Shown: positions 9,471-19,196, counted from the first letter of the stretch. The stretch: 64,000 nt of DNA from Methylophilaceae bacterium (GCA_006844635.1 SPJO01000124.1:13655-77654), one strand, 5' to 3'. Numbers and translations: made by a program. Notes: generated by a model from the sequence alone, not told the origin.

Positions 9471-9796
9471 CGATTGCAACTCTATTCAGTGGTTAGTAAC
9501 TTGATTACGGCAAAAAAAGTAGTAACTTGAATATTGAAAGTTGCTTACAACTCACCGTAAAAAAATAGCAAAAAAAGGAAAGCAGCCATTCACGCAAGGC
9601 TTAGGTTTGTCTCAAGTCAAGAAAATGACATATATGGTCATAATCAACCGCTTAAATAAAGGAATTGGTTATAGTTTTGCTATAATAAGTGTCGAAATAA
9701 GGTTTTTATGAGTTTTGTACTCTTTTGTAACAGCAATAACTTAATTCATAATTAAAATAAATTATTTACATTCATTAGAAAAAAATAGATCAATAA

Positions 9797-11452
9797 ATGG
9801 CAAGATTAACCCAACACCCTAGCTGGAAAGCATTATCAGAACACCAAGCCGCAATACTCCCGCAACAAATGCGAGATTTATTTGCAGCAGACCCAGAAAG
9901 ATTTAATAAATTCAGCATCACGCTCGATGATTTATTACTGGACTATTCAAAACACCGCATCACTGAAGAAACCCTAACTTTACTGTTACAAATCGCGCGT
10001 GAAGCAAAAGTTGAAGATTGGCGAGAACGCATGTTCTCAGGTGAAAAAATCAACATCACCGAAGACCGCGCAGTATTACATACCGCCTTACGTAACCGCA
10101 GCAACACACCCGTCTTGGTAGATGGAATTGATGTCATGCCAGAGGTAAATGCGGTACTTGCACAAATGCGCACATTCTCAGAGAAGGTGCGGAGTGGCGA
10201 ATGGAAAGGCTTTACTGGCAAACGTATCACCGATATTGTCAATATCGGTATTGGTGGCTCGGACTTAGGGCCTGTCATGGTTTGCGATGCATTGAAGCCC
10301 TATGCTAGTCCAGACTTGAATGTACACTTTGTCTCCAACATTGATGGCGCGCACTTAAACCGCGCATTAGAGCAATGCGATGCTGAAACAACGCTATTCA
10401 TCGTTGCCTCTAAAACATTCACGACACAAGAAACCATGACCAATGCACACTCTGCAAGAACTTGGTTTCTAAACGCTGCAAAAGATGAACAACACGTTGC
10501 CAAGCACTTTGTCGCTTTGTCGACCAATGCCAAAGCCGTATCAGCCTTTGGCATTCACGAAGATCAAATGTTTGCTTTCTGGGACTGGGTCGGTGGCCGT
10601 TACTCATTATGGTCAGCGATTGGCTTGTCTATCGCACTATATGTTGGTATGGATAATTTTGAAGCACTATTGGCCGGTGGCCATGAAATGGACAACCACT
10701 TCAGAACCGCGCCATTAGAAGAAAACATGCCTATTCTATTAGCATTGATTGGCATTTGGTATAACAACTTCTTCCATGCGGATACGCATGCAATCCTACC
10801 GTACGATCAAAGTCTATCGCGCTTTGCTGCCTACCTGCAGCAAGCAGACATGGAGAGTAACGGTAAATTTGTTTGTCGTGATGGCACACGCGTACACTAC
10901 AAAACAGGCCCAGTCATCTGGGGTGAAGCAGGCACTAATGGGCAACATGCGTTTTACCAATTGATTCACCAAGGTACGCCAATTGTCCCAGCAGACTTTT
11001 TAATGCCTGTACATAGTCACCACAAAGTGGGTACAAACGGACATGAGCACCATAAAATCTTATTGGCTAATTTCTTAGCGCAAACACAAGCTTTGATGCT
11101 AGGCAAGACGAAAGAAGAAGCGAGAGCTGAACTTGAACAACAAGGCTTATCAGGCGACGCATTAGAGAAGCTACTGCCACATAAAGTGTTCGAAGGTAAC
11201 CGCCCGACAACCTCTATTATGTTTGATAAATTGACGCCAAATACACTTGGCAAACTCATTGCCCTTTATGAGCATAAAATTTTCGTTCAAGGCATTATCT
11301 GGGACATTAATAGCTACGACCAATGGGGTGTGGAGTATGGTAAACAGATTGCAAGCCAAATTCTACCGCAGCTTATTAGCGATGAAGATGTCACCAATTA
11401 TGATAGTTCAACCAACGGGCTGATTAACTACACCAAGCACAAAGGCTTGTAA
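9797..11452 (+). CDS. pgi: Glucose-6-phosphate isomerase
   Basis: 551-aa ATG ORF with full-length PGI signatures ('[10 protein letters not shown]', '[12 protein letters not shown]', '[10 protein letters not shown]', '[15 protein letters not shown]'). Confidence 0.95.
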   Translation: MARLTQHPSWKALSEHQAAILPQQMRDLFAADPERFNKFSITLDDLLLDYSKHRITEETLTLLLQIAREAKVEDWRERMFSGEKINITEDRAVLHTALRNRSNTPVLVDGIDVMPEVNAVLAQMRTFSEKVRSGEWKGFTGKRITDIVNIGIGGSDLGPVMVCDALKPYASPDLNVHFVSNIDGAHLNRALEQCDAETTLFIVASKTFTTQETMTNAHSARTWFLNAAKDEQHVAKHFVALSTNAKAVSAFGIHEDQMFAFWDWVGGRYSLWSAIGLSIALYVGMDNFEALLAGGHEMDNHFRTAPLEENMPILLALIGIWYNNFFHADTHAILPYDQSLSRFAAYLQQADMESNGKFVCRDGTRVHYKTGPVIWGEAGTNGQHAFYQLIHQGTPIVPADFLMPVHSHHKVGTNGHEHHKILLANFLAQTQALMLGKTKEEARAELEQQGLSGDALEKLLPHKVFEGNRPTTSIMFDKLTPNTLGKLIALYEHKIFVQGIIWDINSYDQWGVEYGKQIASQILPQLISDEDVTNYDSSTNGLINYTKHKGL

Positions 11453-11465
11453 AACAGACGCTCTT

Positions 11466-11506
11466 CATCAACAAAAAAGCTGGCAATGCCAGCTTTTTTG
11501 TTGATG
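11466..11506. terminator. Bidirectional intrinsic terminator between convergent pgi and sppA
   Basis: Perfect 19-bp inverted repeat 'catcaacaaaaaagctggc / gccagcttttttgttgatg' with a 3-nt loop. It has a GC core, an A-tract on one side and a T-tract on the other. Confidence 0.75.
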
Positions 11507-11521
11507 ATCACATTGCTCCGG

Positions 11522-12481
11522 TTAACGCAATGTTGGCCCTTGAGAAGCCACATCTAAACCAACATGCTTAGCAATGCTCGCACCTAACTGTTTAGCAAAG
11601 CGATCCGCAAAGCTTTCTTGATAGGTGAAATCAACTATTTTCTCTTGTTTAACCACCTCTCTCGCCACATAACTAGCACTACCAAAAGCATCTGCTAAAC
11701 CCAGCTTAATGCTTTTTTCACCACTCCAAAATAAACCGCTAAATGTATCCTCGTTTTCTTTTAAACGGTCGCCACGTCCCTCACGCACCACCGTTTTAAA
11801 TTGCTCATGAATTTCATTTAACATCGATTGCGCAAAAGCAGTGTGCTCTGGGTTAACTGGTGAAAATGGATCTAACATGGCTTTATTCTTACCTGCTGTT
11901 AACAAGCGGCGTTCTACGCCCAGCTTTTCCATTGTGCCTGTAAAACCATAGCCATTCATCAAGACACCAATTGAGCCAACGATACTGGCTTGATCAACAT
12001 AAATTTTATCGGCAGCAGCGGCAATATAATAGCCACCAGACGCGCAAATATCTTGCACCACCGCATACACAGGGATTTCAGGATGCAGTTTTTTATAGCG
12101 CTGCACTTCATTATTAATCATGCCCGCTTGCACAGGGCTCCCGCCAGGACTATTAATGCGTAAAATAACACCTTTGGTGCCTTTATCTTCATAGGCATCT
12201 TTTAAGCTACTGGCAACCGCATCAGCATTCACTTCCCCGCCTGCTTGAATCACGCCAGCAATATCGATTAAGGCTGTATGTTCAGTGGAAATAGCGGCGC
12301 CGTCTTTCACAAGCCAGCCGACAGCATAAGCCAATAGCGTAAATAAATATAAAAACATCAGCAGCTTAAAAAAGATGCCCCAGCGCCTTGCGGTTTTTTG
12401 TTCTTTTAAACTAGACATCGCTAGCTTCTCAATCATATCTTTTTGCCAAGCGTTATCTTGTGCTCTTGTATCTTCTGCCAT
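11522..12481 (-). CDS. sppA: Signal peptide peptidase SppA, 36K type (S49 family)
   Basis: 319-aa ATG ORF with an N-terminal TM helix and S49 motifs 'RINSPGGSPVQAG' and 'CASGGYYIAAAADKIYV'. Confidence 0.85.
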   Translation of the reverse strand: MAEDTRAQDNAWQKDMIEKLAMSSLKEQKTARRWGIFFKLLMFLYLFTLLAYAVGWLVKDGAAISTEHTALIDIAGVIQAGGEVNADAVASSLKDAYEDKGTKGVILRINSPGGSPVQAGMINNEVQRYKKLHPEIPVYAVVQDICASGGYYIAAAADKIYVDQASIVGSIGVLMNGYGFTGTMEKLGVERRLLTAGKNKAMLDPFSPVNPEHTAFAQSMLNEIHEQFKTVVREGRGDRLKENEDTFSGLFWSGEKSIKLGLADAFGSASYVAREVVKQEKIVDFTYQESFADRFAKQLGASIAKHVGLDVASQGPTLR

Positions 12482-12521
12482 GATGCTTCCTGTGATTACT
12501 CTCTTTAAATTATTATTTGAT

Positions 12522-12872
12522 TCAATCTTTTTCTAGGTGAATGATAATCCGTTCACCCTCTTCTGTCACGGCCAAAGCTTGCAATTGTTTGCCCTTGCAA
12601 GGTCCATAGACACAATGACCTGTATTAGGTTCATAATGTGCGCCATGCGTTGCGCAAATTAAAAAATCTCGGTCCACCGTAAAAAACTCACCCTCGTTCC
12701 AGTCTAACTCGACTGGCATATGGGCACATTGATTCACATAAGCATACACTTGGTTTTGATAACGTATGGCAAAGCCAGTTGCGTGTTCACCTAGTTGCGG
12801 AATATCAAAGCGTAGCCCTGTTGATTTCTCTTGTAAGTCTGCACTATTCAGCTGAATCGTTTTATTAGGCAT
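12522..12872 (-). CDS. Small Rieske [2Fe-2S] domain protein
   Basis: 116-aa ATG ORF with the Rieske ligand pattern CxH ('CAHMP') and CxxH ('CATHGAH'). It overlaps the upstream HAD gene by 8 nt. Confidence 0.8.
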   Translation of the reverse strand: MPNKTIQLNSADLQEKSTGLRFDIPQLGEHATGFAIRYQNQVYAYVNQCAHMPVELDWNEGEFFTVDRDFLICATHGAHYEPNTGHCVYGPCKGKQLQALAVTEEGERIIIHLEKD

Positions 12873-13521
12873 TGTTCAACAACCAATCACTTAATTCACT
12901 AAACTGCTTAAAAATACCTTTAGGATCCAAGGCTAGTAGTTTCTCACTACTGTGCGCACCATACGTCACTGCCAATGCTTGCACGCCAGCATTTTTCGCC
13001 ATTTGCATATCATAGGTGCTATCTCCAATCATCAATGTTCGTTCTGGCGTGACAACACAGTAATCCATCAATTCATCCAGCATCTGTGGATGTGGTTTAG
13101 AAAAGCACTCATCAACAGTACGTGTTGTCTGAAAGTAATTCGCAATACCAGAGCGCTCTAATGCCATATTAAGACCACGTCGTCCTTTACCCGTTGCAAC
13201 AGCTTGTTTATGGCCTCGACGACTGAGCTCTGCAATCAATGCCGTGGCACCATCAAACAATGGAATGGTTTGCTCGCCAGCAAAATAGTTTTTCCGATAC
13301 TGCAACGCTAATGCTTGTGCTTGCTCAGCAGAAATATCGCCGAACAATACGTTAATTGATTGGCTTAAACCCAAACCAATCACATTTCTCGCTTCTGTTA
13401 ATGCCAACTTAGGCAAACCAACCTGCTCTGCCGCACGAACAAGTGCGGCCGCTATCATGCCCGTGGAGTCAGCCAAGGTGCCATCCCAATCCCAGACAAT
13501 CAAATCAAATTGTTTTTTCAT
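12865..13521 (-). CDS. HAD-superfamily phosphatase (phosphoglycolate phosphatase-like)
   Basis: 218-aa ATG ORF with HAD motif I 'VWDWDGTLADS' and motif IV 'MIGDSTYDMQMAKNAG'. Confidence 0.8.
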   Translation of the reverse strand: MKKQFDLIVWDWDGTLADSTGMIAAALVRAAEQVGLPKLALTEARNVIGLGLSQSINVLFGDISAEQAQALALQYRKNYFAGEQTIPLFDGATALIAELSRRGHKQAVATGKGRRGLNMALERSGIANYFQTTRTVDECFSKPHPQMLDELMDYCVVTPERTLMIGDSTYDMQMAKNAGVQALAVTYGAHSSEKLLALDPKGIFKQFSELSDWLLNNA

Positions 13522-13547
13522 TTATCTTTCATCACCTTTAAAACAAC

Positions 13548-14540
13548 TCACTTTTTCGTTAATGACTGCATGAAAGCCGCCAAATCTTTAGGGATAGCCG
13601 CTTGTAAACGCAGTCGCTCACCCGATAAAGGATGCTGTAATTTTGTTTCAGCAGCATGTAAAAACATCCGCTTTAACCCTTGTTTTTGTAACTGCTTGTT
13701 TAATGCAAAGTCCCCATACTTATCATCCCCTAAAATTGGGAAGCCTAAATGAGCCAACTGTACTCTCAATTGGTGCGTACGGCCTGTCACCAACTTGGCT
13801 TCTAACAAACTAAACCCTTCGAAAGATTGCTTTAAATAAAAAACCGTCTCTGACACTTGCGCTTCATTACGTTTGTCTTTCTTTTTATCGGTCACCACAT
13901 TCACACGCCGCTCGCCTGATGGCAGCACATATTTTTGCAAATCGAGGACAACACGTTTTTTCTGTTCTTGCCACTCACCCGCCACCATCACGGCATACCG
14001 TTTATCTGTTTGATTCGCGCGTATAGCCTTGTGCAGTGCGACTAAAGCAGTTCTTTTTTTTGCGAGCAATAGCAAACCAGACGTTTCGCGATCCAACCGA
14101 TGCACAAGCTCTAAAAATTTTGCTTGCGGCCGCTCTAAGCGTAACTGCTCAATCACACCACGACTAATCCCACTACCGCCATGTACTGCGACGCCTGCAG
14201 GCTTATCAATCACAAGCATTGCCTCATCCTCGAACACAATAACTTCATTAAATTTTGCAATGGCTGGCGCAGACACTGGTTTCTTATTCACAGATTCCGA
14301 TACGCGGATCGGAGGCACTCGCACAATATCATGTAAGTTTAATTTACGCCCTGCACTGACACGCCCTTTATTCACACGCACTTCACCGCTGCGTAAAATA
14401 CGGTAAATATGACTTTTCGGTACGCCTTTTAGCACTTTTGCTAAAAAATTATCGATGCGCTGTCCTTCACTGGCTTCATCAACCAATATTTTCGCTGCAG
14501 AATGTGCACTAACTTGTTTATTTTCACTTACTTGTGTCAT
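13548..14540 (-). CDS. rluC: 23S rRNA pseudouridine synthase, RluC type
   Basis: 330-aa ATG ORF with an S4-like N-terminus and the RluA-family catalytic motif 'HRLDRETSGLLLLAKK'. It is divergent from rne, as in E. coli. Confidence 0.85.
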   Translation of the reverse strand: MTQVSENKQVSAHSAAKILVDEASEGQRIDNFLAKVLKGVPKSHIYRILRSGEVRVNKGRVSAGRKLNLHDIVRVPPIRVSESVNKKPVSAPAIAKFNEVIVFEDEAMLVIDKPAGVAVHGGSGISRGVIEQLRLERPQAKFLELVHRLDRETSGLLLLAKKRTALVALHKAIRANQTDKRYAVMVAGEWQEQKKRVVLDLQKYVLPSGERRVNVVTDKKKDKRNEAQVSETVFYLKQSFEGFSLLEAKLVTGRTHQLRVQLAHLGFPILGDDKYGDFALNKQLQKQGLKRMFLHAAETKLQHPLSGERLRLQAAIPKDLAAFMQSLTKK

Positions 14541-15072
14541 ATATTTTGCTTAAAAGCTTAATAAAGCCTATACTCTACCAATCGTTAATATATATTAGAA
14601 AAAACTATTACAGCGATACTAAAATAACTTTAAAGTGCATTAATCACTTCAAGCGTATTTTAGTTTAAAGAATATTTGGTTAATACCGCTCGCCATATTA
14701 AGTAGCGATAAAATAATTGCGCTCTAGCCGCCGCAGATTAAATAAAATTAAAGTGCGACTAAAGTTTGCTGAAGACCCAATTTTAACGAATTTATGCTAA
14801 TTAAGCATGAGTTTTTAAGTTTATTTTAAGTGAGATTTTAATTAACAATACGATGTAAACGTCACAATAGCTACGTTTATACTGTGGTGTGTTACACACC
14901 ATAAATGCGTTATTAAAATTAAGTATAAGATTGTTTCGCTAAAATAACGACTTAAGTCAATTGGTCACTCACTTAATTGAGTGCCTTGACGCTGCCAGCA
15001 TTGCTGGCACCAATGTGCCTTCGCAACTTTAATCACCACAAAAATCTGCCCCGCTGAGCGTGGGAGTATTCA
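14541..15072 (+). promoter_or_regulatory. rluC-rne divergent promoter region and long structured rne 5' leader
   Basis: 532-bp AT-rich non-coding spacer. It contains several hairpins: 14856-14879 (TAAACGT/ACGTTTA), 14886-14900 (GGTGTG-tta-CACACC), 14956-14990 (GTCAA..CACTCA-cttaat-TGAGTG..TTGAC) and 14994-15008 (GCCAG-cattg-CTGGC). SD 'GGGAG' lies before ATG 15073. E. coli rne has a long autoregulatory 5' UTR. The transcription start is not located. Confidence 0.5.
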
Positions 15073-17631
15073 ATGAAACGCATGTTATTTAATGCAACGC
15101 AGTCAGAAGAACTACGCGTTGCAATTGTCGATGGTCAAAAATTAATTGATTTGGACATCGAGCACACTGGAAAAGAACAAAGAAAAAGCAATATCTACAA
15201 AGGGATTATCACCCGCATCGAACCATCTTTAGAAGCGGCTTTTGTCGACTATGGTCAAGAGCGACACGGCTTCTTACCATTTAAAGAAATTTCTCGCGCC
15301 TACTTCAAAAACAAGCAAGATGGTGGTAGCAAACCGCGCATTCAAGATGCGATTAAAGAAGGACAAGAGCTGATTGTTCAAGTTGATAAAGATGAGCGTG
15401 GTAGTAAAGGCGCCGCTTTAACAACTTACATTTCACTAGCTGGCCGTTATTTAGTCTTGATGCCAAATAACCCTCGTGGTGGTGGCGTTTCTCGTCGCGT
15501 CGAAGGTGAGGAACGTAATGAGCTCAGAGACACTATGGCTCAACTTGAAATGCCAAAAGGCATGAGCATCATCGCACGTACAGCAGGCATTGGCCGTACC
15601 GCAGAAGAATTACAATGGGATTTAAACTACCTTTTACAACTGTGGACTGCTATTGAAGATGCATCCAACCTACAAAAAGGCGCTTTCTTAATCTACCAAG
15701 AAGGTAGCTTGGTCATTCGCGCTATTCGCGACTACTTTAGTGCTGACATTGGAGAAATCTTAATCGATACGGCAGACGTCCATGAACAAGCCGTCCAATT
15801 CATGGACCATGTGATGCCGGCGAATGTATCAAAAGTCAAACTATACGAAGACGAAACACCCCTATTCTCTCGCTTTCAAATCGAGCACCAAATTGAAACG
15901 GCTTTTTCTCGTGAAGTGCGTCTACCTTCTGGTGGCGCAATCGTCATTGATCATACAGAAGCACTTGTATCGATTGATGTTAACTCAGGCCGCTCGATTA
16001 AAGGCGCGGACATTGAACAGACCGCATTCAACACCAACCTTGAAGCTGCAGAAGAGGTTGCACGTCAACTTAGACTGCGTGACTTAGGTGGTTTAGTGGT
16101 TATTGACTTCATTGACATGGAGAAGCAACGTAATCAGCGTGAAGTTGAAAATCGCATCCGTGATGAACTCCATGCCGATCGTGCGCGCATTCAAACAAGC
16201 AAGATCTCTCGCTTCGGTTTATTAGAGCTATCACGCCAACGTTTACGCCCTAGCCTAGGTGAAGGTAATCATGCACCTTGCCCTCGCTGTCATGGCACAG
16301 GCCATATCCGTGGTATCGAATCAACAGCGCTGCATATCTTACGTATCACGCAAGAAGAAGCCATGAAAGATAACAGTGCCATTATTCAGGTACAGTTGCC
16401 AGTTGATGCGGCAACATTCTTATTGAATGAAAAACGTGCTGACATTCATAAAATTGAAGAATTAATGGGTGTAGAAGTCATCTTAATCCCAAATATTCAT
16501 TTAGAGACTCCGAACTACAATATCGTACGGATCAAGCAAGATGACGTTAGCGATGATGCGTCTCGTGCCAGCTACAGTATGGTGGAAGCACCTGATGAGA
16601 ATGACTACACGAGCAACAAAGAAGAAGCCAAAGCAACTGCACCAGAAGCACTGGTTAAAGGCATTAAGTCAACAACACCTGCGCCTGTTGCTAAAAAGAA
16701 TGCTCCTAGTTCATTCTTCAGTCGTATCAAGAAATGGCTTGGCAGCGAAGGTGAAGTGAAGTCGGCTGAGCCTGTTGCAGCGGAAGCAAAAACAAACACG
16801 AACCGTGAAAACAATAACCGCAACCGCAATCGTAACCGCAATCGTAACCGTAATAATCGTGATCGCAATGACAAGCCTCAACAGCAAGCACGTGGTAACA
16901 ATGCTCAAAACAAGCAGCAACCGCGCCAAGATGCTAACCGCAATGAAGGAAAAGCCAACAAAGCGGATAATGCAAATGAGCAAAACACGAAACAAAACAA
17001 TCAATCTAGAGGGAATAGACGTAGCCGTGGCGGTCGTCGTGACCGTAGACCGCGCGAAGAAGTACAGAACACACAAGCAGAACGCGTAGAAACAACAACG
17101 ACAGCTGATGTTGCTAAAACCGATGTCAAAGAAGTGAAGCCAGTTGCAGAAAAAGTGGCCACAAAGCCAGAAGCAACAACGAATGCTAAAGCTGAAACAG
17201 TAACCCAGGCTAAGTCAGAGACAGCAGCAACACCAAAAGCGCGCAAACCTAGAGCGAAAAAAGCAACTGAAACAAAACCTGCTGAAACAGCAAAAAGCAC
17301 TAAAGCAAAAACAGCAGAAAAATCAGAAGCAAATCAAACTGAAGGTGCGAAGGCTGAAGTTGCCAAACCTGATACAGCAAAAGCTGAAAAACCAAAAGCA
17401 AAAAAAGCAGCCAAACCTCGAGCGACGCGTAAACCAAAAGCAGAAAAGCCAGTGGATTTAGCCGATAGCGGATTACAGTTAGTAGAAACGAAAAGTAAGC
17501 CAAAAGCAAAAGCGACAACTGCGAAGAAAGCTGCAAAGCCTAAAGCAAACCGCAAACCAGCTAACTGGAAGAAAGAAGAAGCTGCTGCCAAAGAAGACGC
17601 ACCGCTAGTCATGGTAGAAACGCAAAAATAA
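15073..17631 (+). CDS. rne: Ribonuclease E
   Basis: 852-aa ATG ORF. It has the canonical N-terminal catalytic half (S1 domain 'IYKGIITRIEPSLEAAFVDYG', 'LVSIDVNSG', Zn-link 'CPRCHGTG') followed by a ~340-aa low-complexity R/N- and K/A/P-rich tail. Confidence 0.95.
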   Translation: MKRMLFNATQSEELRVAIVDGQKLIDLDIEHTGKEQRKSNIYKGIITRIEPSLEAAFVDYGQERHGFLPFKEISRAYFKNKQDGGSKPRIQDAIKEGQELIVQVDKDERGSKGAALTTYISLAGRYLVLMPNNPRGGGVSRRVEGEERNELRDTMAQLEMPKGMSIIARTAGIGRTAEELQWDLNYLLQLWTAIEDASNLQKGAFLIYQEGSLVIRAIRDYFSADIGEILIDTADVHEQAVQFMDHVMPANVSKVKLYEDETPLFSRFQIEHQIETAFSREVRLPSGGAIVIDHTEALVSIDVNSGRSIKGADIEQTAFNTNLEAAEEVARQLRLRDLGGLVVIDFIDMEKQRNQREVENRIRDELHADRARIQTSKISRFGLLELSRQRLRPSLGEGNHAPCPRCHGTGHIRGIESTALHILRITQEEAMKDNSAIIQVQLPVDAATFLLNEKRADIHKIEELMGVEVILIPNIHLETPNYNIVRIKQDDVSDDASRASYSMVEAPDENDYTSNKEEAKATAPEALVKGIKSTTPAPVAKKNAPSSFFSRIKKWLGSEGEVKSAEPVAAEAKTNTNRENNNRNRNRNRNRNRNNRDRNDKPQQQARGNNAQNKQQPRQDANRNEGKANKADNANEQNTKQNNQSRGNRRSRGGRRDRRPREEVQNTQAERVETTTTADVAKTDVKEVKPVAEKVATKPEATTNAKAETVTQAKSETAATPKARKPRAKKATETKPAETAKSTKAKTAEKSEANQTEGAKAEVAKPDTAKAEKPKAKKAAKPRATRKPKAEKPVDLADSGLQLVETKSKPKAKATTAKKAAKPKANRKPANWKKEEAAAKEDAPLVMVETQK
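16810..16872 (+). repeat. In-frame hexanucleotide (AAY-CGY) tandem repeat inside rne encoding (Asn-Arg)n
   Basis: The DNA reads 'aac aat aac cgc aac cgc aat cgt aac cgc aat cgt aac cgt aat aat cgt gat cgc aat gac'. The core of six NR units spans 16816-16851. Confidence 0.85.
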
Positions 17632-17653
17632 GTCTATTAAAAGATAGGCAGTT

Positions 17654-17694
17654 CGCATAAAAAAAGCCCAGTTTTTCTGGGCTTTTTTTATGCG
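17654..17694. terminator. Bidirectional intrinsic terminator between convergent rne and crcB
   Basis: Perfect inverted repeat 'cgcataaaaaaagcccag / ctgggctttttttatgcg' (18-bp arms, 5-nt loop) with flanking A- and T-tracts. Confidence 0.75.
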
Positions 17695-17719
17695 CTGTAA
17701 GGACTTTTTTTGATGAAGC

Positions 17720-18100
17720 TCAGCCCCTGACCATACTCATCAACCAGAATCCTAAAGCCACCATCATTAAGGCGCCAAAAACATGGCTTAAAATGTGGGC
17801 AGATGCCCATAGGTATTCTTGTTTATGCAGTAAAGTCAAGGTCTCCCCAGAGAAAGAGGAAAAAGTGGTTAGCCCACCCAAAAAGCCAGTCATGACAAAT
17901 AGCCTGATTGCATCATGTGAAGGCGTCTCAACAAAATGAGCAAGCGCTAGCCCCATCAAAAAACCACCCAGCAAATTAACGAGCAGCGTTCCTAATGGTA
18001 ACAGGCTGGCATTCAGCAATATACCTAAACCCCAACGCGCCCATGCCCCTAATGCTGCACCAATACCTACCGCTATCCATTGTCCAACTAACATACTCAT
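17720..18100 (-). CDS. crcB: Fluoride ion channel CrcB/FluC
   Basis: 126-aa ATG ORF with four hydrophobic helices and family-typical 'GALGAWARW' and 'GFLGGLTTFSSF' segments. Confidence 0.9.
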   Translation of the reverse strand: MSMLVGQWIAVGIGAALGAWARWGLGILLNASLLPLGTLLVNLLGGFLMGLALAHFVETPSHDAIRLFVMTGFLGGLTTFSSFSGETLTLLHKQEYLWASAHILSHVFGALMMVALGFWLMSMVRG

Positions 18101-18152
18101 CCTAACCCATCAATAAATGTTGTTGCCTGAGCTTCAGCACACAAGTGCCCAT

Positions 18153-18182
18153 AATATACCCACTTTGTACTAAATTTGTCAC
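18153..18182 (-). promoter_or_regulatory. Candidate sigma70 promoter for crcB
   Basis: The minus strand reads GTGACA-(18 nt)-TATATT, about 60 nt upstream of the crcB ATG. This is a sequence match only. Confidence 0.35.
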
Positions 18183-18392
18183 TCATGCACCACTTTGGTC
18201 GCTATTGTCAATTTTCGACACGCATTTTTATCTCAAAAAAGAATGTGGCAGCAATAACAAAACACGCCTGAAAGCAAGTCCTATAGCCACTCACAGCCCA
18301 AAAACAAAAAGTTACAACCCGCAAACATGAAACATGGCACGCTAAATGCTTAATACTAAGCAAGCTTCTCCAAAGCTAAAATCTCCTCCCTT

Positions 18393-18429
18393 GGGGCGCC
18401 ATTTATTTAAATGCCGCCTCATTTTTTTT
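18393..18429 (+). terminator. Orphan plus-strand intrinsic terminator in the crcB-orn spacer
   Basis: The hairpin GGGGCGCCATTT-(a tt t)-AAATGCCGCCTC has one internal mismatch and is followed by A+T8 on the plus strand. On the minus strand no U-tract follows it. No plus-strand gene lies upstream. Confidence 0.55.
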
Positions 18430-18512
18430 GTGCTTCTCCTGCACTCAAATACTAAGAGTAATCTAAGAATTCAGCCTTGATCTAATGCGGTATTTAGGTA
18501 TTAAATTGAGTG

Positions 18513-19085
18513 TTATTTAATTATAAAATGCTCACGATAGTACTTCAGCTCTTCTATCGACTCATAAACGTCAGCCAATGCTTCATGTTTACCTGATTTT
18601 TTAAACCCTGAATAGATGCTAGGTTTCCACCTTCTCGCCAACTCTTTAAAAACACTCACATCTAGGTTGCGGTAATGAAAAAAGGCCTCTAATTCTGGCA
18701 TGTAACGCGCCATAAAACGACGGTCTTGGCAAATTGAGTTGCCACACATTGGCGACTTCCCTGCAGGCACATACTGCTCTAAAAAAGCAATCATCTCTGC
18801 GGTACCTGCCGCTTCGTCTGTCGTTGATGCTTTAACCTTCTCGATGAGACCACTGCGCCCATGTGTGCTGGTATTCCAAGCATCCATACCATCTAATACA
18901 GCATCACTTTGATGAATCACAATAATAGGCGACTCCCCTAGCACATTGAGTTCAGCGTCAGTGACCACAGCCGCCAGTTCTAAAATGCGATCAGAATCTG
19001 GTAATAACCCGCTCATTTCCATATCCAGCCATATTAAGTTGTCGTTATCGATCACATTCTTTTGAGCTTCCATCATGATTTCCAT
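18513..19085 (-). CDS. orn: Oligoribonuclease
   Basis: 190-aa ATG ORF with the DEDDh exonuclease motifs '[11 protein letters not shown]', '[11 protein letters not shown]' and '[17 protein letters not shown]'. Confidence 0.9.
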   Translation of the reverse strand: MEIMMEAQKNVIDNDNLIWLDMEMSGLLPDSDRILELAAVVTDAELNVLGESPIIVIHQSDAVLDGMDAWNTSTHGRSGLIEKVKASTTDEAAGTAEMIAFLEQYVPAGKSPMCGNSICQDRRFMARYMPELEAFFHYRNLDVSVFKELARRWKPSIYSGFKKSGKHEALADVYESIEELKYYREHFIIK

Positions 19086-19196
19086 TAAAATAGTAAAAAA
19101 TTACACTGTAGACGAACTATGGCGCTACAAATGCTTCAAAATATAACAGTTTATCAGGTTAACTAACCAGTTTAAAAATCAATACTACATAAATCT

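Noticed and set aside
16541-17612. Cluster of 70-120-aa ORFs on both strands in the 3' third of rne
   Set aside because: They are by-products of the repetitive, low-complexity RNase E tail (the AAC/CGC and AAA/GCA repeats lack stops in several frames). The rne frame is continuous with the conserved catalytic domain.
18145-18330. 61-aa plus-strand ORF in the crcB-orn spacer
   Set aside because: It has no RBS, an odd composition and no motif. I treat the region as non-coding or a possible sRNA instead.
18101-18512. Expected fluoride riboswitch (crcB motif) upstream of crcB
   Set aside because: I read the minus strand of the whole spacer and found neither the conserved GATG...CC P1 segment nor the CTGATG(A) element; there is no 'catcag' on the plus strand. 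I therefore make no riboswitch call. An Rfam scan would settle it.
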